Part shown: piece after piece, positions 39,835-49,017 of the stretch | How positions within the stretch are numbered: the stretch's first letter is position 1 | Layout: every line of letters starts with the position of its first letter | Assembly (NCBI GenBank): GCA_052279835.1 | Contig: CP181291.1 | Location: 5,376,001 to 5,440,000 of the forward strand | Reading direction: 5' to 3' | From: Microcoleus sp. | GTDB taxonomy: Bacteria > Cyanobacteriota > Cyanobacteriia > Cyanobacteriales > Microcoleaceae | DNA length: 64,000 nt | The notes under the pieces: generated by a model | The model's database searches: none | What the model was told of the DNA's origin: nothing | What the model saw: only the letters and a program-made list of their open reading frames with translations | Position numbers and translations under genes: made by a program

Positions 39835-40230
39835 ATGGAAGCACTAGCATTGAGCCACTCTTTTGTTGCTTATGAATCTCCAGAGTCTGAACTCCAACTC
39901 AAGTCCTTAGACGAACTGGGTTTAAAAATTCCTAATTCTGCATGGGTAGGGGTTGTAGGTATGGCAGTAGCCTTATCTGTTGTGAGTATTCCTGGGGAAG
40001 CCCAGGCAAATTGTGGATATCGCAAATGCGGTGGTCATCATAAGTATCACAGCTCTACCCAAGTTGTGACCAATGGCGGCCGACTGAATATCCGCCACCG
40101 ACCCACTAAATGTTCTCATGTCATTGGCAAGTTATATGATGGAGATTATGTGGCATTGAGTGGTCGTTATAAACATGGCTGGGCCCAACTGGCTGACGGT
40201 GGCTGGGTATCTGCTTCCTGGATTCAATAA
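39835..40230 (+). CDS. Exported bacterial SH3 (SH3b) domain protein
   Basis: Signal ending AQA; LNIRHRP...GWAQLADGGWVSASWI; RBS GAGG. Confidence 0.85.
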   Translation: MEALALSHSFVAYESPESELQLKSLDELGLKIPNSAWVGVVGMAVALSVVSIPGEAQANCGYRKCGGHHKYHSSTQVVTNGGRLNIRHRPTKCSHVIGKLYDGDYVALSGRYKHGWAQLADGGWVSASWIQ

Positions 40231-40322
40231 ATCTTAACTAGAAAAAATTGTTTTTTTAGAAAGATGTTTAATCGTTACCAAGTCGAGCCTGGTAACGATT
40301 ATTTTCCATAGCAACCGCAAGT

Positions 40323-41303
40323 TTAAACTTTACCGCCACCGATCAGGTAAAGTAAGGCCATCCGCACCGCCACCCCGCTGGTAACTTGCTGAGAAATGAG
40401 ACTAAATTGGGGATCGTCCATCAAATCGGAACTAATTTCCACGCCACGATTCACCGGGCCTGGGTGTAAAACCTTGACATCGGGTTTGCAGAGTTGGAGT
40501 CGATCGCGCGTAATCCCATACAGAGAATGATACTCTCGTAAACTCGGTAGCAAATTCTGGCTCATCCGTTCCTTTTGCAGGCGCAAAGTCATCACAAAAT
40601 CAGCATCGGCCAAAGCAGGTTCGAGATGCCAGTGCAAACATAACTTGCCTTCCCTACCTTGGCCGCACTCAGCGAACAAAAGTGGCAGTAAAGTAGGCGG
40701 TCCGGCGAGGTGAACTTGAGCCCCGGAAGCCGTTAAACTCCAGATATTAGACCGGGCTACCCGCGAATGCAAAATATCCCCAACCACAGCAATTTTTTTG
40801 CCTGCTAAAAGTTTCAGTCTCGGACGTTCGGGATCTAAAAGAGAACAGATAGTAAAGAGGTCTAACAAACCTTGGGAGGGGTGTTCGTGCTGACCATCTC
40901 CAGCATTGAGAACACTGACTCTCGAACCCAATCGGTCCATTTCCGAGGCAATGGTGCTAGGCACTCCCGCCTGTCCGTGGCGGATTACCATCAAATCCGT
41001 GCCCATGGCCAGATAAGTCTTAGCCGTATCGAGAATCGTCTCTCCCTTGGTGAGAGAAGAACTACCGGGGGTAAAATTGAGGGTATCGGCTGAAAGTCGC
41101 TTCGCTGCCAACTCAAAACTATTGCGAGTCCGGGTAGAAGGCTCAAAAAACAAATTCGCCACGACTTGACCCTGCAAAGCTGGCACTTTCTTGGTGCGAC
41201 GGCCGAGTACCTCCCGAAAACTCGCCGCCGTTTGCAGCACTGTATCGTATTCGTCGGAAGTAAAATCAGCCAGAGTGAGAATGTGGCGCCGAGTCCAAGT
41301 CAT
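40323..41303 (-). CDS. pyrB: Aspartate carbamoyltransferase catalytic subunit
   Basis: [27 protein letters not shown]. Confidence 0.97.
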   Translation of the reverse strand: MTWTRRHILTLADFTSDEYDTVLQTAASFREVLGRRTKKVPALQGQVVANLFFEPSTRTRNSFELAAKRLSADTLNFTPGSSSLTKGETILDTAKTYLAMGTDLMVIRHGQAGVPSTIASEMDRLGSRVSVLNAGDGQHEHPSQGLLDLFTICSLLDPERPRLKLLAGKKIAVVGDILHSRVARSNIWSLTASGAQVHLAGPPTLLPLLFAECGQGREGKLCLHWHLEPALADADFVMTLRLQKERMSQNLLPSLREYHSLYGITRDRLQLCKPDVKVLHPGPVNRGVEISSDLMDDPQFSLISQQVTSGVAVRMALLYLIGGGKV

Positions 41304-41502
41304 AGAGTTAAGTCGAGAGTAGCAAGTTTCAAGTGAACAAACCTGACGGTCAACTGAGTACAGTTAGACCGCAGGCTTCTTTTTCCTTTTTTGCAAAGGC
41401 TGTTTTGAGTGACGGAGTTCCCCCGCCACTTTCTTAAAAGACTCCTGAATGCGGATTTGTGTACTGCCGCCCAGAATGTTCGATCGAGATTTAGTGATAA
41501 TC

Positions 41503-42846
41503 TTGACATCCACCCCGGCGTAAACGCACGGGGATTCCTAAGACTCACGACTTAGGTTTCTGCTTCCGTCCTCAGAGGGGATTTCGCACCAGCCTTAACA
41601 GATTTACTCTGTTCGGGTCTTACAGTCGCTCCACAGACTGCCACGGCAAGCCCTGCCGCCAAAATATTCTTTGCCGCGTTGATGTCTCGGTCATGGTGCG
41701 TCCCGCAATTAGGACAATCCCATTCCCGGATATTCAACGGCATCTTGTCAACGATATGTCCGCAATTGCCACACCGTTTTGAACTCGGAAACCATCGGTC
41801 AATCTTAATTAAAGTACGACCGTACCCATCGCACTTGTAATCTAGTTGTCTGACTAATTCCCCCCAACTTGCATCACTTATAGCTAGAGCAAGTTTCCGG
41901 TTTTTAACCAGATTCTTCACAGCTAAGTCTTCTACGGCGATGGTTTGGTTTTCACGCACCAACCGTGTTGTTAACTTGTGAAGATGATCTTTCCTTGCAT
42001 CAGTAATTTCTTGATGCACTTTCGCTACTTTAAGCCGTGCTTTGTGACGGTTGTTTGACCCTTTTTGCTTGCGACTTAAGGCTTTCTGCGCTCTTCTAAG
42101 CTTGCGATACTTTGCCTTGAATCCTTTGGGATTGGCAATCTTTTCGCCAGTGCTTAGAGTGAGCAAGCTTGTAACTCCCAGGTCGATGCCGACTTGATTA
42201 TCTGTTTTGGGTAGTGTTTCAATTTCAACATTTACCAGCAGAGAAACCGACCACCTACCTGATGGTGCAAGCTTCACGCTTAAGGTTGATGGTATGGCAC
42301 CATCAGGTAGTGTCCGGCTCCAGCGAATTGGTAACGCTTGTGTGCTTTTTGCTAGGTAGACTTGTCCATCTCTGAACTTAAATGCTGACTTGGTAAATTC
42401 TGCACTACCACCATTGCGTTTCTTTTTGAAGTTAGGATATTTTGCCCGCCCATCAAAAAAGTTGGTATAAGCCGTTTGTAAATGTCTCAAGCATTGCTGT
42501 AATGGCACACAGCTAACTTTGTTCAGAAAATCTAGTTCTTCGGTTTTCTTCCATTCAGTTAACATTGAAGAAGTCTCAGCATAGCCTACCCGTTTCTGTT
42601 CTGCGTACCAAGCTTCCGTTCTTGTGGCTAAAGCACGGTTGTAGACCAAACGAACACAACCCAAAGTACGTCGCAACAAACTTTCTTGTTCCGGCGTTGG
42701 GTAGAATCGATAGCTGAAGGCTTTTAGTGTCATGCTGACCTTAATTACGCTTCACATACTAGCACGTCTTGTGTGAAATGGTAGATATTAACAAAAATTC
42801 ATGTAAAGCCGTCCTAAAAGGACGGGGTTTCAGACCCATTTTTTTG
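41503..42846 (-). mobile_element. tnpB-only IS200/IS605 element (IS1341-like)
   Basis: Left-end hairpin CCGTCCTTTTAGGACGG after TTCAT; right end GAAT-hairpin-TCAA ending at 41503; no tnpA. Confidence 0.82.
41552..42733 (-). CDS. tnpB: RNA-guided endonuclease TnpB
   Basis: HTH N-terminus, RuvC D (GIDLG), E (VEDL), D (DRDINAA), zinc finger CGNC/CPNC. Confidence 0.96.
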   Translation of the reverse strand: MTLKAFSYRFYPTPEQESLLRRTLGCVRLVYNRALATRTEAWYAEQKRVGYAETSSMLTEWKKTEELDFLNKVSCVPLQQCLRHLQTAYTNFFDGRAKYPNFKKKRNGGSAEFTKSAFKFRDGQVYLAKSTQALPIRWSRTLPDGAIPSTLSVKLAPSGRWSVSLLVNVEIETLPKTDNQVGIDLGVTSLLTLSTGEKIANPKGFKAKYRKLRRAQKALSRKQKGSNNRHKARLKVAKVHQEITDARKDHLHKLTTRLVRENQTIAVEDLAVKNLVKNRKLALAISDASWGELVRQLDYKCDGYGRTLIKIDRWFPSSKRCGNCGHIVDKMPLNIREWDCPNCGTHHDRDINAAKNILAAGLAVAVCGATVRPEQSKSVKAGAKSPLRTEAET

Positions 42847-43416
42847 ATGAACAGTATCCAACAAATTTTGACAACCTTTGTCGCCAGTACAGTTATAATG
42901 AGTTTATATAGCTGTAGCACGCTTCCCCCTAACCGCATCCAGTCTCGCACATTACACGCTAACAGTGTACCTATAGCAGTCTCGCTAAAAGTCGAGTCAG
43001 CAGCAGCCAGCCAAACACCTTCGCTCCTGGGAGCGACTCCAGGGATGCAGCTATCAGAGACAGCAAAGATAGTCACAGTTACAGTCTACGAACCAGACTC
43101 TGAGTGCAAAACACTGATTGCCCAGGAAATTTCCCTCCCTGCTAAAAACTCGCTGTTAGCAGCAGTGTCTAAGATTCTGGAAAGACAATATGGCGGTGAC
43201 TTGAACTTTGCTTATCGGGTAAGTGTCGATCGAAACACTGGCAAGGGTATAATAGATTTGCGAGTCTCCCCCGACTCCAAACGTACTTTGACTTCCATGT
43301 CAACCTGCGAACAGCTAGCTATCTTCGGCAGTTTGCGCAAAACTCTCATCGCTAACCCAATGTGGAACGTGAAACAAGTGCAGTTCACATCGCGGGGAGA
43401 AGACATTTCGCTGTAG
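42847..43416 (+). CDS. GerMN-like lipoprotein
   Basis: Lipobox LYSC; SMSTCEQLAIFGSLRKTLIANP; start at ATG 42847 because the upstream ORF extension lies in the IS left end. Confidence 0.78.
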   Translation: MNSIQQILTTFVASTVIMSLYSCSTLPPNRIQSRTLHANSVPIAVSLKVESAAASQTPSLLGATPGMQLSETAKIVTVTVYEPDSECKTLIAQEISLPAKNSLLAAVSKILERQYGGDLNFAYRVSVDRNTGKGIIDLRVSPDSKRTLTSMSTCEQLAIFGSLRKTLIANPMWNVKQVQFTSRGEDISL

Positions 43417-43772
43417 CAGCATCTAGCTGTAGTTGCAGGAAGTTGCCAAATCTTGTCAAAAACAGGACTCCGGCAGTCATCGCACCTAGAAAAAGCTAGA
43501 AATAGTCAAGACCACCCACAACCAGTCGCTAATCAACAGCAGATAGCGGTGGCACTTAAAGATGATCAATTCTTTAGAGTCAGTCTTGACTATTAAGTCT
43601 TGCTTATAGCCCCTTGTCAAAACCAACGATGTTAAGATATAAGTTGAAGATGTAGCTTCCCGAAAAAAATCTACACGTATCTTGGTGAAACTGTTCTTGG
43701 CGAAACTGCGACAAAAAGTGAGAGCCGGGAAGTTGTAATTACAAACAAGATTTAAACAATTCAAGAGGTATT

Positions 43773-43991
43773 ATGAACCAGCAGGTTATACAGCCGATGG
43801 TTAAGTTCCAGCGTCAGGTGCAATCTCTCGTCACGTCTGACATCATCAAACCGACAGACAGCATTTGGAAGATTGCTCTGCTATACGGGGACGAATGGCC
43901 CTACTGGAAGCAGCAACTCACAGAGTTTGACTTTTCCATGCAAGACCCCGTGAGCGAGTTGTTAGCTGTAGAAGCTTGGGACGAAGAATAA
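43773..43991 (+). CDS. DUF4327 family protein
   Basis: MVKFQRQVQSLV...FDFSMQDPVSELLAVEAWDEE; RBS GAGG. Confidence 0.8.
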   Translation: MNQQVIQPMVKFQRQVQSLVTSDIIKPTDSIWKIALLYGDEWPYWKQQLTEFDFSMQDPVSELLAVEAWDEE

Positions 43992-44142
43992 GAGCAACGA
44001 CAAGAAAGACTAGGGTGTTTAGAAATAGGGGGTTTCCAAACATCCTCAGAGCTGATACTAAATAAAGGTTTTTTTTGAGCGACTTTTGCTGACATTAAAG
44101 AAATCATGAACAAAAAATACAGGTTCTAACTACTGCCTGCCC

Positions 44143-45390
44143 TCAAAGGCAAGCTGCTAAAGATTGAGCTAATTGTTTAGCAGTTTGAAACCTGTCCCCA
44201 GGTTTAGCTGCGGTGGTTTTTAAGATAATTTCTCGCAATTTTGGGGTAATAGTGGGAATATTTTCGAGCTTAAAACCATAACCTCCAGCTATCTTGCCGT
44301 AATACTTTTGCGGACCGTTGGCGGTGAGCAAAAAAATCAAAGTAGGGCCAATAGCATATAAATCCGACTGAGGAAGAGGCTGTCCCCGGTCTTGTTCAGG
44401 CGCTGTGTAACCTTCAACGCCGATGCGAGTACCCGGAGGAGTGCCAATTTCTTTAACAGCGCCAAAATCGAGGACTGAAATGCCATTGTCTCGATGTCGG
44501 ACTAGCAAATTAGCAGGTTTAATATCCCGGTGGACGATGGGAGGTTTTTGAGAGTGAATGTATTCCAAAACTTCACAGCTTTGAATCATCCACTCTATAG
44601 CCTGCTGCGGAGTAACAGGGCCGCGGTTATAGATGCGTTTTTCTAAATCCTCGCCGTGGAGCATTTCCATCACCAAGTATTTTTTGCCCCCTTCGACAAA
44701 AAAGTCAAAAAACTGAGGAATTCCGGGATGGTGGAGAGATTTGAGGGTTTTAGCTTCCCGTTCAAAAAGTTCTTGAGCTTTGGCGATTTGAGCCATGTCA
44801 GCATTCATTTCCTTGAGAACTACCAGAGAAGCTGCGGGGGAACTTCCTGGTTGTTGAGCTTTTGCTTTGTCTCGATCCCAGGCTAAGGTGGTTGTGCCCA
44901 TACCGCCTTGACCCAAAGTTCGCAGCACTTGGTAGTTTCGCACCGTGCGCTCGACTTTAATCGGTTCGCCACAGTGGATGCAGAATAAATTACCAGGGGG
45001 GTTTCCCGCGTGGGTGCATAGGGGAGAGGGACGAGCGATGGGAGGCATGGTTTCGATTTTGCCACCACAGGCAATGGTGGTGACTTGGAAATGTAGCAGT
45101 GGGCCGCCCCGCGCCAACTGGATTAAAGCACCGTCGGATATCCATCCCTGAGATAAAAGCATACCGTTAACAAAAGTCCCATTAGTCCCAGAATTGACTA
45201 AATACCACTGACTGGATGCACCACTTTTAATTCTTTGCAATTCCAGGTGCTGCCGGGAGACTAGAGCATTGGGGATCACAACGTGATTTTCAGGAGAACG
45301 GCCGATGCGAACAATGGATTCGCTTTCAAAACTCCACTGTTGCAGAGGGGTATTTTGTTCTGGATCTAAAAGGGTCAGCAGCATTTTCAA
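44143..45390 (-). CDS. FHA domain + zinc ribbon + Ser/Thr protein kinase
   Basis: FHA GRS..VSRQH..NGT; kinase LGQGGMG, HRDIKPAN, DFG, APE. Confidence 0.93.
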   Translation of the reverse strand: MKMLLTLLDPEQNTPLQQWSFESESIVRIGRSPENHVVIPNALVSRQHLELQRIKSGASSQWYLVNSGTNGTFVNGMLLSQGWISDGALIQLARGGPLLHFQVTTIACGGKIETMPPIARPSPLCTHAGNPPGNLFCIHCGEPIKVERTVRNYQVLRTLGQGGMGTTTLAWDRDKAKAQQPGSSPAASLVVLKEMNADMAQIAKAQELFEREAKTLKSLHHPGIPQFFDFFVEGGKKYLVMEMLHGEDLEKRIYNRGPVTPQQAIEWMIQSCEVLEYIHSQKPPIVHRDIKPANLLVRHRDNGISVLDFGAVKEIGTPPGTRIGVEGYTAPEQDRGQPLPQSDLYAIGPTLIFLLTANGPQKYYGKIAGGYGFKLENIPTITPKLREIILKTTAAKPGDRFQTAKQLAQSLAACL

Positions 45391-45872
45391 TTGATGTGGT
45401 TGAGATCCGTTGTTTGGCAGTGGCGGGAAAAAGATAATTTACAGGTTGAGAGTATAGGGAATTAAGTAAGGAAATTTTAAGGATTAATAACTAAAAATTA
45501 AACATAATTAACTTTTGTAAGATTCAACGGGGAATTTTTGGTTTTGAATCAGAAACAACTAACAACAGATGCGCTGATTTTCCTAGGAGTTGTAGCCATA
45601 AGTTTGATTAAATCTTCATAATAGCGTAATTTTTATTAAAGATTTGATAAACATGATTATTGGAGATGTTTATGGTGGGTATTCATGTGTAAAATTACGG
45701 AGCGGTAAGTCTACCGGATTAGAGGTCACAGATGCCGATCGGGGATTGTCGATCGCTTAAAGAAGTCGGCAATTGGGGTATTTGGTATTTTTAATTGACC
45801 TACTTTAGCAGAGGAAGTTCAAAAACAAAACTCCTCGATCCAATACTTGACAATACAAAAATTAGGTGAACA

Positions 45873-46569
45873 ATGACTAATATTTTACGTAAATTTGCTG
45901 TTGCTGTGACAGGTACTGTTCTGGGATTTGCCTTGACTGGGGTCAACTCAGCACAGGCAGCCTCACTTAATTTTAGTTTAAGTTTTTTTGATTCGAGTAA
46001 CTCTTTAGTCGGTGAAGGCTCCTTCAGCTATGATGGCTCGACTCCTTATCAAGACACTATTTTGTCTAGCTTCTCAATGCCGCCCCTAGAAATAAAAGCC
46101 AGCAATCAATGGTTCGCCCTCACAAGCTTTTCGGCAACGGTATTAGGGCAATCCTGGAATTTGTCTAAAGCGAGTTCAGGAGACAGAGGTGAACTACTTT
46201 CTCCTTTGCTGTGGGCCCCCTTCGATCCGGTGAAAACACGGTTTGTGTTTGATGCTAAGGTCATAGGCAGTGGAGTTATAGCTCAATTAGCAAGTCAATG
46301 GGCTTTTGGTAATTATCGCATTCTGCCAGCTTTGGGGATATTTGGCGAAGGTTTCGGTACAGGGGGAGGAAAGATTAGTTGGATGCAATCGGGTGGGGGA
46401 CAATCCAATGGAAAATCTGTCAACACTGGATATTTGATAGTAGAGGAAATCCAGCCCTGCCATGAAAATTCAGAGGCTGTTCCCGAACCTGCGACTGTTG
46501 CAGGTTTAGGGTCTGGCGGCCGCTGGCTTGGGAGCGGCCAAGAAAAAGTTGGCAGCCTCCAAAGTCTAA
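45873..46569 (+). CDS. PEP-CTERM exported protein with a +1 frameshift in the sorting signal
   Basis: Signal peptide ending AQA; VPEPATVAGLG; deleting one G at 46509-46511 restores LAAAGLGAAKKKLAASKV* (TAA 46567-46569). Confidence 0.82.
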
Positions 46570-48818
46570 AATCGCGATGTCCCGACTAGGGCCCGAATCA
46601 CAATGGCTGTGATATTGTCATGACCATTGTGTTTGTTGCCTAGTTCTATTAACTTTGCCACTCCTTGCTCCAAATTAGCTTGTGGGTGCAAGAGTGGTTC
46701 GAGACAGGTCTGCCAGTAGGTTTCCAAAACATTATTGTCTGTCAGACCGTCAGAAGCCAAAATCAATAAAGTATCTTCAGACAATTCTAAAAACTGGACA
46801 TCAGGTTTGAGAAAATTACTGTCTCGTGGGCCGATGGCTTGAGTCAGTTGATAGGCATCGGGGCGAGAATATGCTGTTTCTGGGTCAACCCCGCGCTTAA
46901 TTTCCCGCTGGCCTACTTCATGGTCTGAGGTAAGTTTTTCTAGGGTTTGTCCTTTTCGGAGTTGGTAGAGGCGGCTGTCGCCTACATGGGCAAAGGCAAC
47001 TTGGGTGTCTTGAACTAAGACTGTGACTAGAGTTGTACCCATGCGACCACTGCCGGAACGGCTTTCCTTTTGGTTGATTTCAAATATGGCTTTGTTGGCT
47101 AATAAAATGCCCTTGCGGATGGTTTCTGCGGAAGGGAGTTGATTGTCCCAACTGGTTTGAAAGAATTCTCTGAGGGTTTCAGCGGCTAGTTGACTGGCGA
47201 CTTCGCCGCTGTCGTGTCCGCCCATGCCGTCACAGAGAATGTACAGTCCTTTGCTTTGGAAGGTTCTACCGAAGGATGTTTCGAGCTTGTTGATTTGAGT
47301 CCAGATGCTGAAGAAGTCTTCGTTGTGGGCGCGCTGGAGTCCGACATCGGTGATACCTGCGTCTTCCAAGCTGTAAATCTGCACTGGCATGGGCTGGGTT
47401 AAGACTTCCCCTGGGTCGGGACTGGGTTCTTCGGGTTTGCCAAATTGGAAGCGTGTCGGAGTGGAAGTTTTTGCTGGTGCGGGTTGGAGTTCTAGGGGGA
47501 CGGTCTCTAGGCGCGATCGCAATTCGTCTATGGTATGAATTTCGCCCCTGTACATTTCTTGCAGGAGTTCGAGCAAGGCGCCAAACTGGGTGCGATCGGA
47601 CTGGTTAAATATGGTCTGCCACAATTGCCCCAAATCTAGCAGTTGCAGGTTGGAGTCGGGGGCTTCGGGATAGAGACGTTGCACCCGCAAAGATGCTAAT
47701 GCAAAGGAAGAGTCGGGGTTGACTCGCAAATTTGTCAGTTCCAACAAACTTTGGCGACAGCGCCAGGGTTCTAGGGCTGCCCACAGTTCTGTCATTTCGT
47801 GGAGCCAGTACAGAATTTGTTGAGTGGAGGTTTCGGGTTGACTCCAGCGTTCTATGAGTAGTGGCCACTGGGAGCAGTCTTCTAACAGCAGCACTGCTTG
47901 TTGGTTTTCTAGCCAGCTATCGTGAATGACTGGCAGGTTTTGGGAGAATTGCCATCGGAGAGCTAGATAAGGTTCGGCTATGCCTTGGCACAGGTTTTCT
48001 AGGGCGGAGTCGGTGAAGTTGGCTCTGGGTTCTAGGGCTCCTCTGTAGGGGGAGGCTCGTTTGGCGACGGTGGCAGAATTGGCTGCTAGGAGGGCTTTGA
48101 GGGGTGACATTTGCAGTGGCTGACAGTCTAAGACTGTTACGGCTACTGTGTCTGAGGGTTTTCTTGGTGGTAGGGTTTCTAGGAGTTGGTAGCGCTGCTG
48201 GCTGTCGAGATAGGCTCCTGCTGGCTGGGAAGGGATTAAGTTTTGGGAGTTGGAAGTGGGGAGTTCGGAAGCTTGGGGGGGGGTATTGGCGATGGTTGGG
48301 CGATCGCGCTTTTCTGTGGATTCCGGGTGGGCTTCCGGGTCTGTGGTGGTGTCCAAATTGCTTTGGGATGGGGTTATTTGGCTGTCTAGTGGTGCATTAG
48401 TGCTTTTTTGGTCTGTTTGAGAGGATTCGGGGACGATCGCGCTGTTGGCGACTACAGCATCGATTGGTGGTTCAACTGCTGCTGGGACTAATGGTGGGTG
48501 TTGGGCTGGGGTGATAATTTCTGTTGGAGTTGTGTCTGTTGGGGGTTCAACGGAGTTGGCGATGGGGGTGCTTTCGGCAACAGTCTCTGGTTGTGGTGGC
48601 TGTTCCTCTGTCTCAACTGCTGGCAAATTCGATCGACCGCAAATAATTGCTTGCCACACTTGACCTGTTGCGGTGCCACAATTCTGACATTCTTTGGCGC
48701 TCACAGCGACTTGGACGCCGCATTGGGGACAAGATTTGTAAGTTAGGGAATTTCCGCATTGTTGACAAAACTTGTTTTGATTGGGATTTTCAAACTGGCA
48801 GCGGGGACAGAGGAGCAT
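46566..48818 (-). CDS. Double zinc ribbon + kinase-like region + PP2C Ser/Thr phosphatase
   Basis: Four CxxC at the N-terminus; NEDF, CDGMGGH, HVGDSR, SDGL, DNIT. Confidence 0.92.
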   Translation of the reverse strand: MLLCPRCQFENPNQNKFCQQCGNSLTYKSCPQCGVQVAVSAKECQNCGTATGQVWQAIICGRSNLPAVETEEQPPQPETVAESTPIANSVEPPTDTTPTEIITPAQHPPLVPAAVEPPIDAVVANSAIVPESSQTDQKSTNAPLDSQITPSQSNLDTTTDPEAHPESTEKRDRPTIANTPPQASELPTSNSQNLIPSQPAGAYLDSQQRYQLLETLPPRKPSDTVAVTVLDCQPLQMSPLKALLAANSATVAKRASPYRGALEPRANFTDSALENLCQGIAEPYLALRWQFSQNLPVIHDSWLENQQAVLLLEDCSQWPLLIERWSQPETSTQQILYWLHEMTELWAALEPWRCRQSLLELTNLRVNPDSSFALASLRVQRLYPEAPDSNLQLLDLGQLWQTIFNQSDRTQFGALLELLQEMYRGEIHTIDELRSRLETVPLELQPAPAKTSTPTRFQFGKPEEPSPDPGEVLTQPMPVQIYSLEDAGITDVGLQRAHNEDFFSIWTQINKLETSFGRTFQSKGLYILCDGMGGHDSGEVASQLAAETLREFFQTSWDNQLPSAETIRKGILLANKAIFEINQKESRSGSGRMGTTLVTVLVQDTQVAFAHVGDSRLYQLRKGQTLEKLTSDHEVGQREIKRGVDPETAYSRPDAYQLTQAIGPRDSNFLKPDVQFLELSEDTLLILASDGLTDNNVLETYWQTCLEPLLHPQANLEQGVAKLIELGNKHNGHDNITAIVIRALVGTSRF

Positions 48819-49017
48819 AGGGGTTAAAAATTTGAAGATGTGCGATCGAATTTGAGAGGGAGGGAGTTTTGGGTTCTTCTGAGTTTTGGGCAAGAGTTGC
48901 AACGGATAACTCCCATTGTCCTATGACCTATTTTATCGGCATGAATTGAGAACGAAGATATTTCTGGGAATCGAGATGTCAGAGATGCTGTTCCTGAGAA
49001 TTTAGTTTTTGGTTGAG

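Noticed and set aside
41552..42733. Cas12f or catalytically dead TldR
   Set aside because: No CRISPR array or cas genes; IS ends present; RuvC triad intact
42769..42846. N-terminal extension of the 215-aa ORF
   Set aside because: Encoded by the IS left end; the lipoprotein signal begins at 42847
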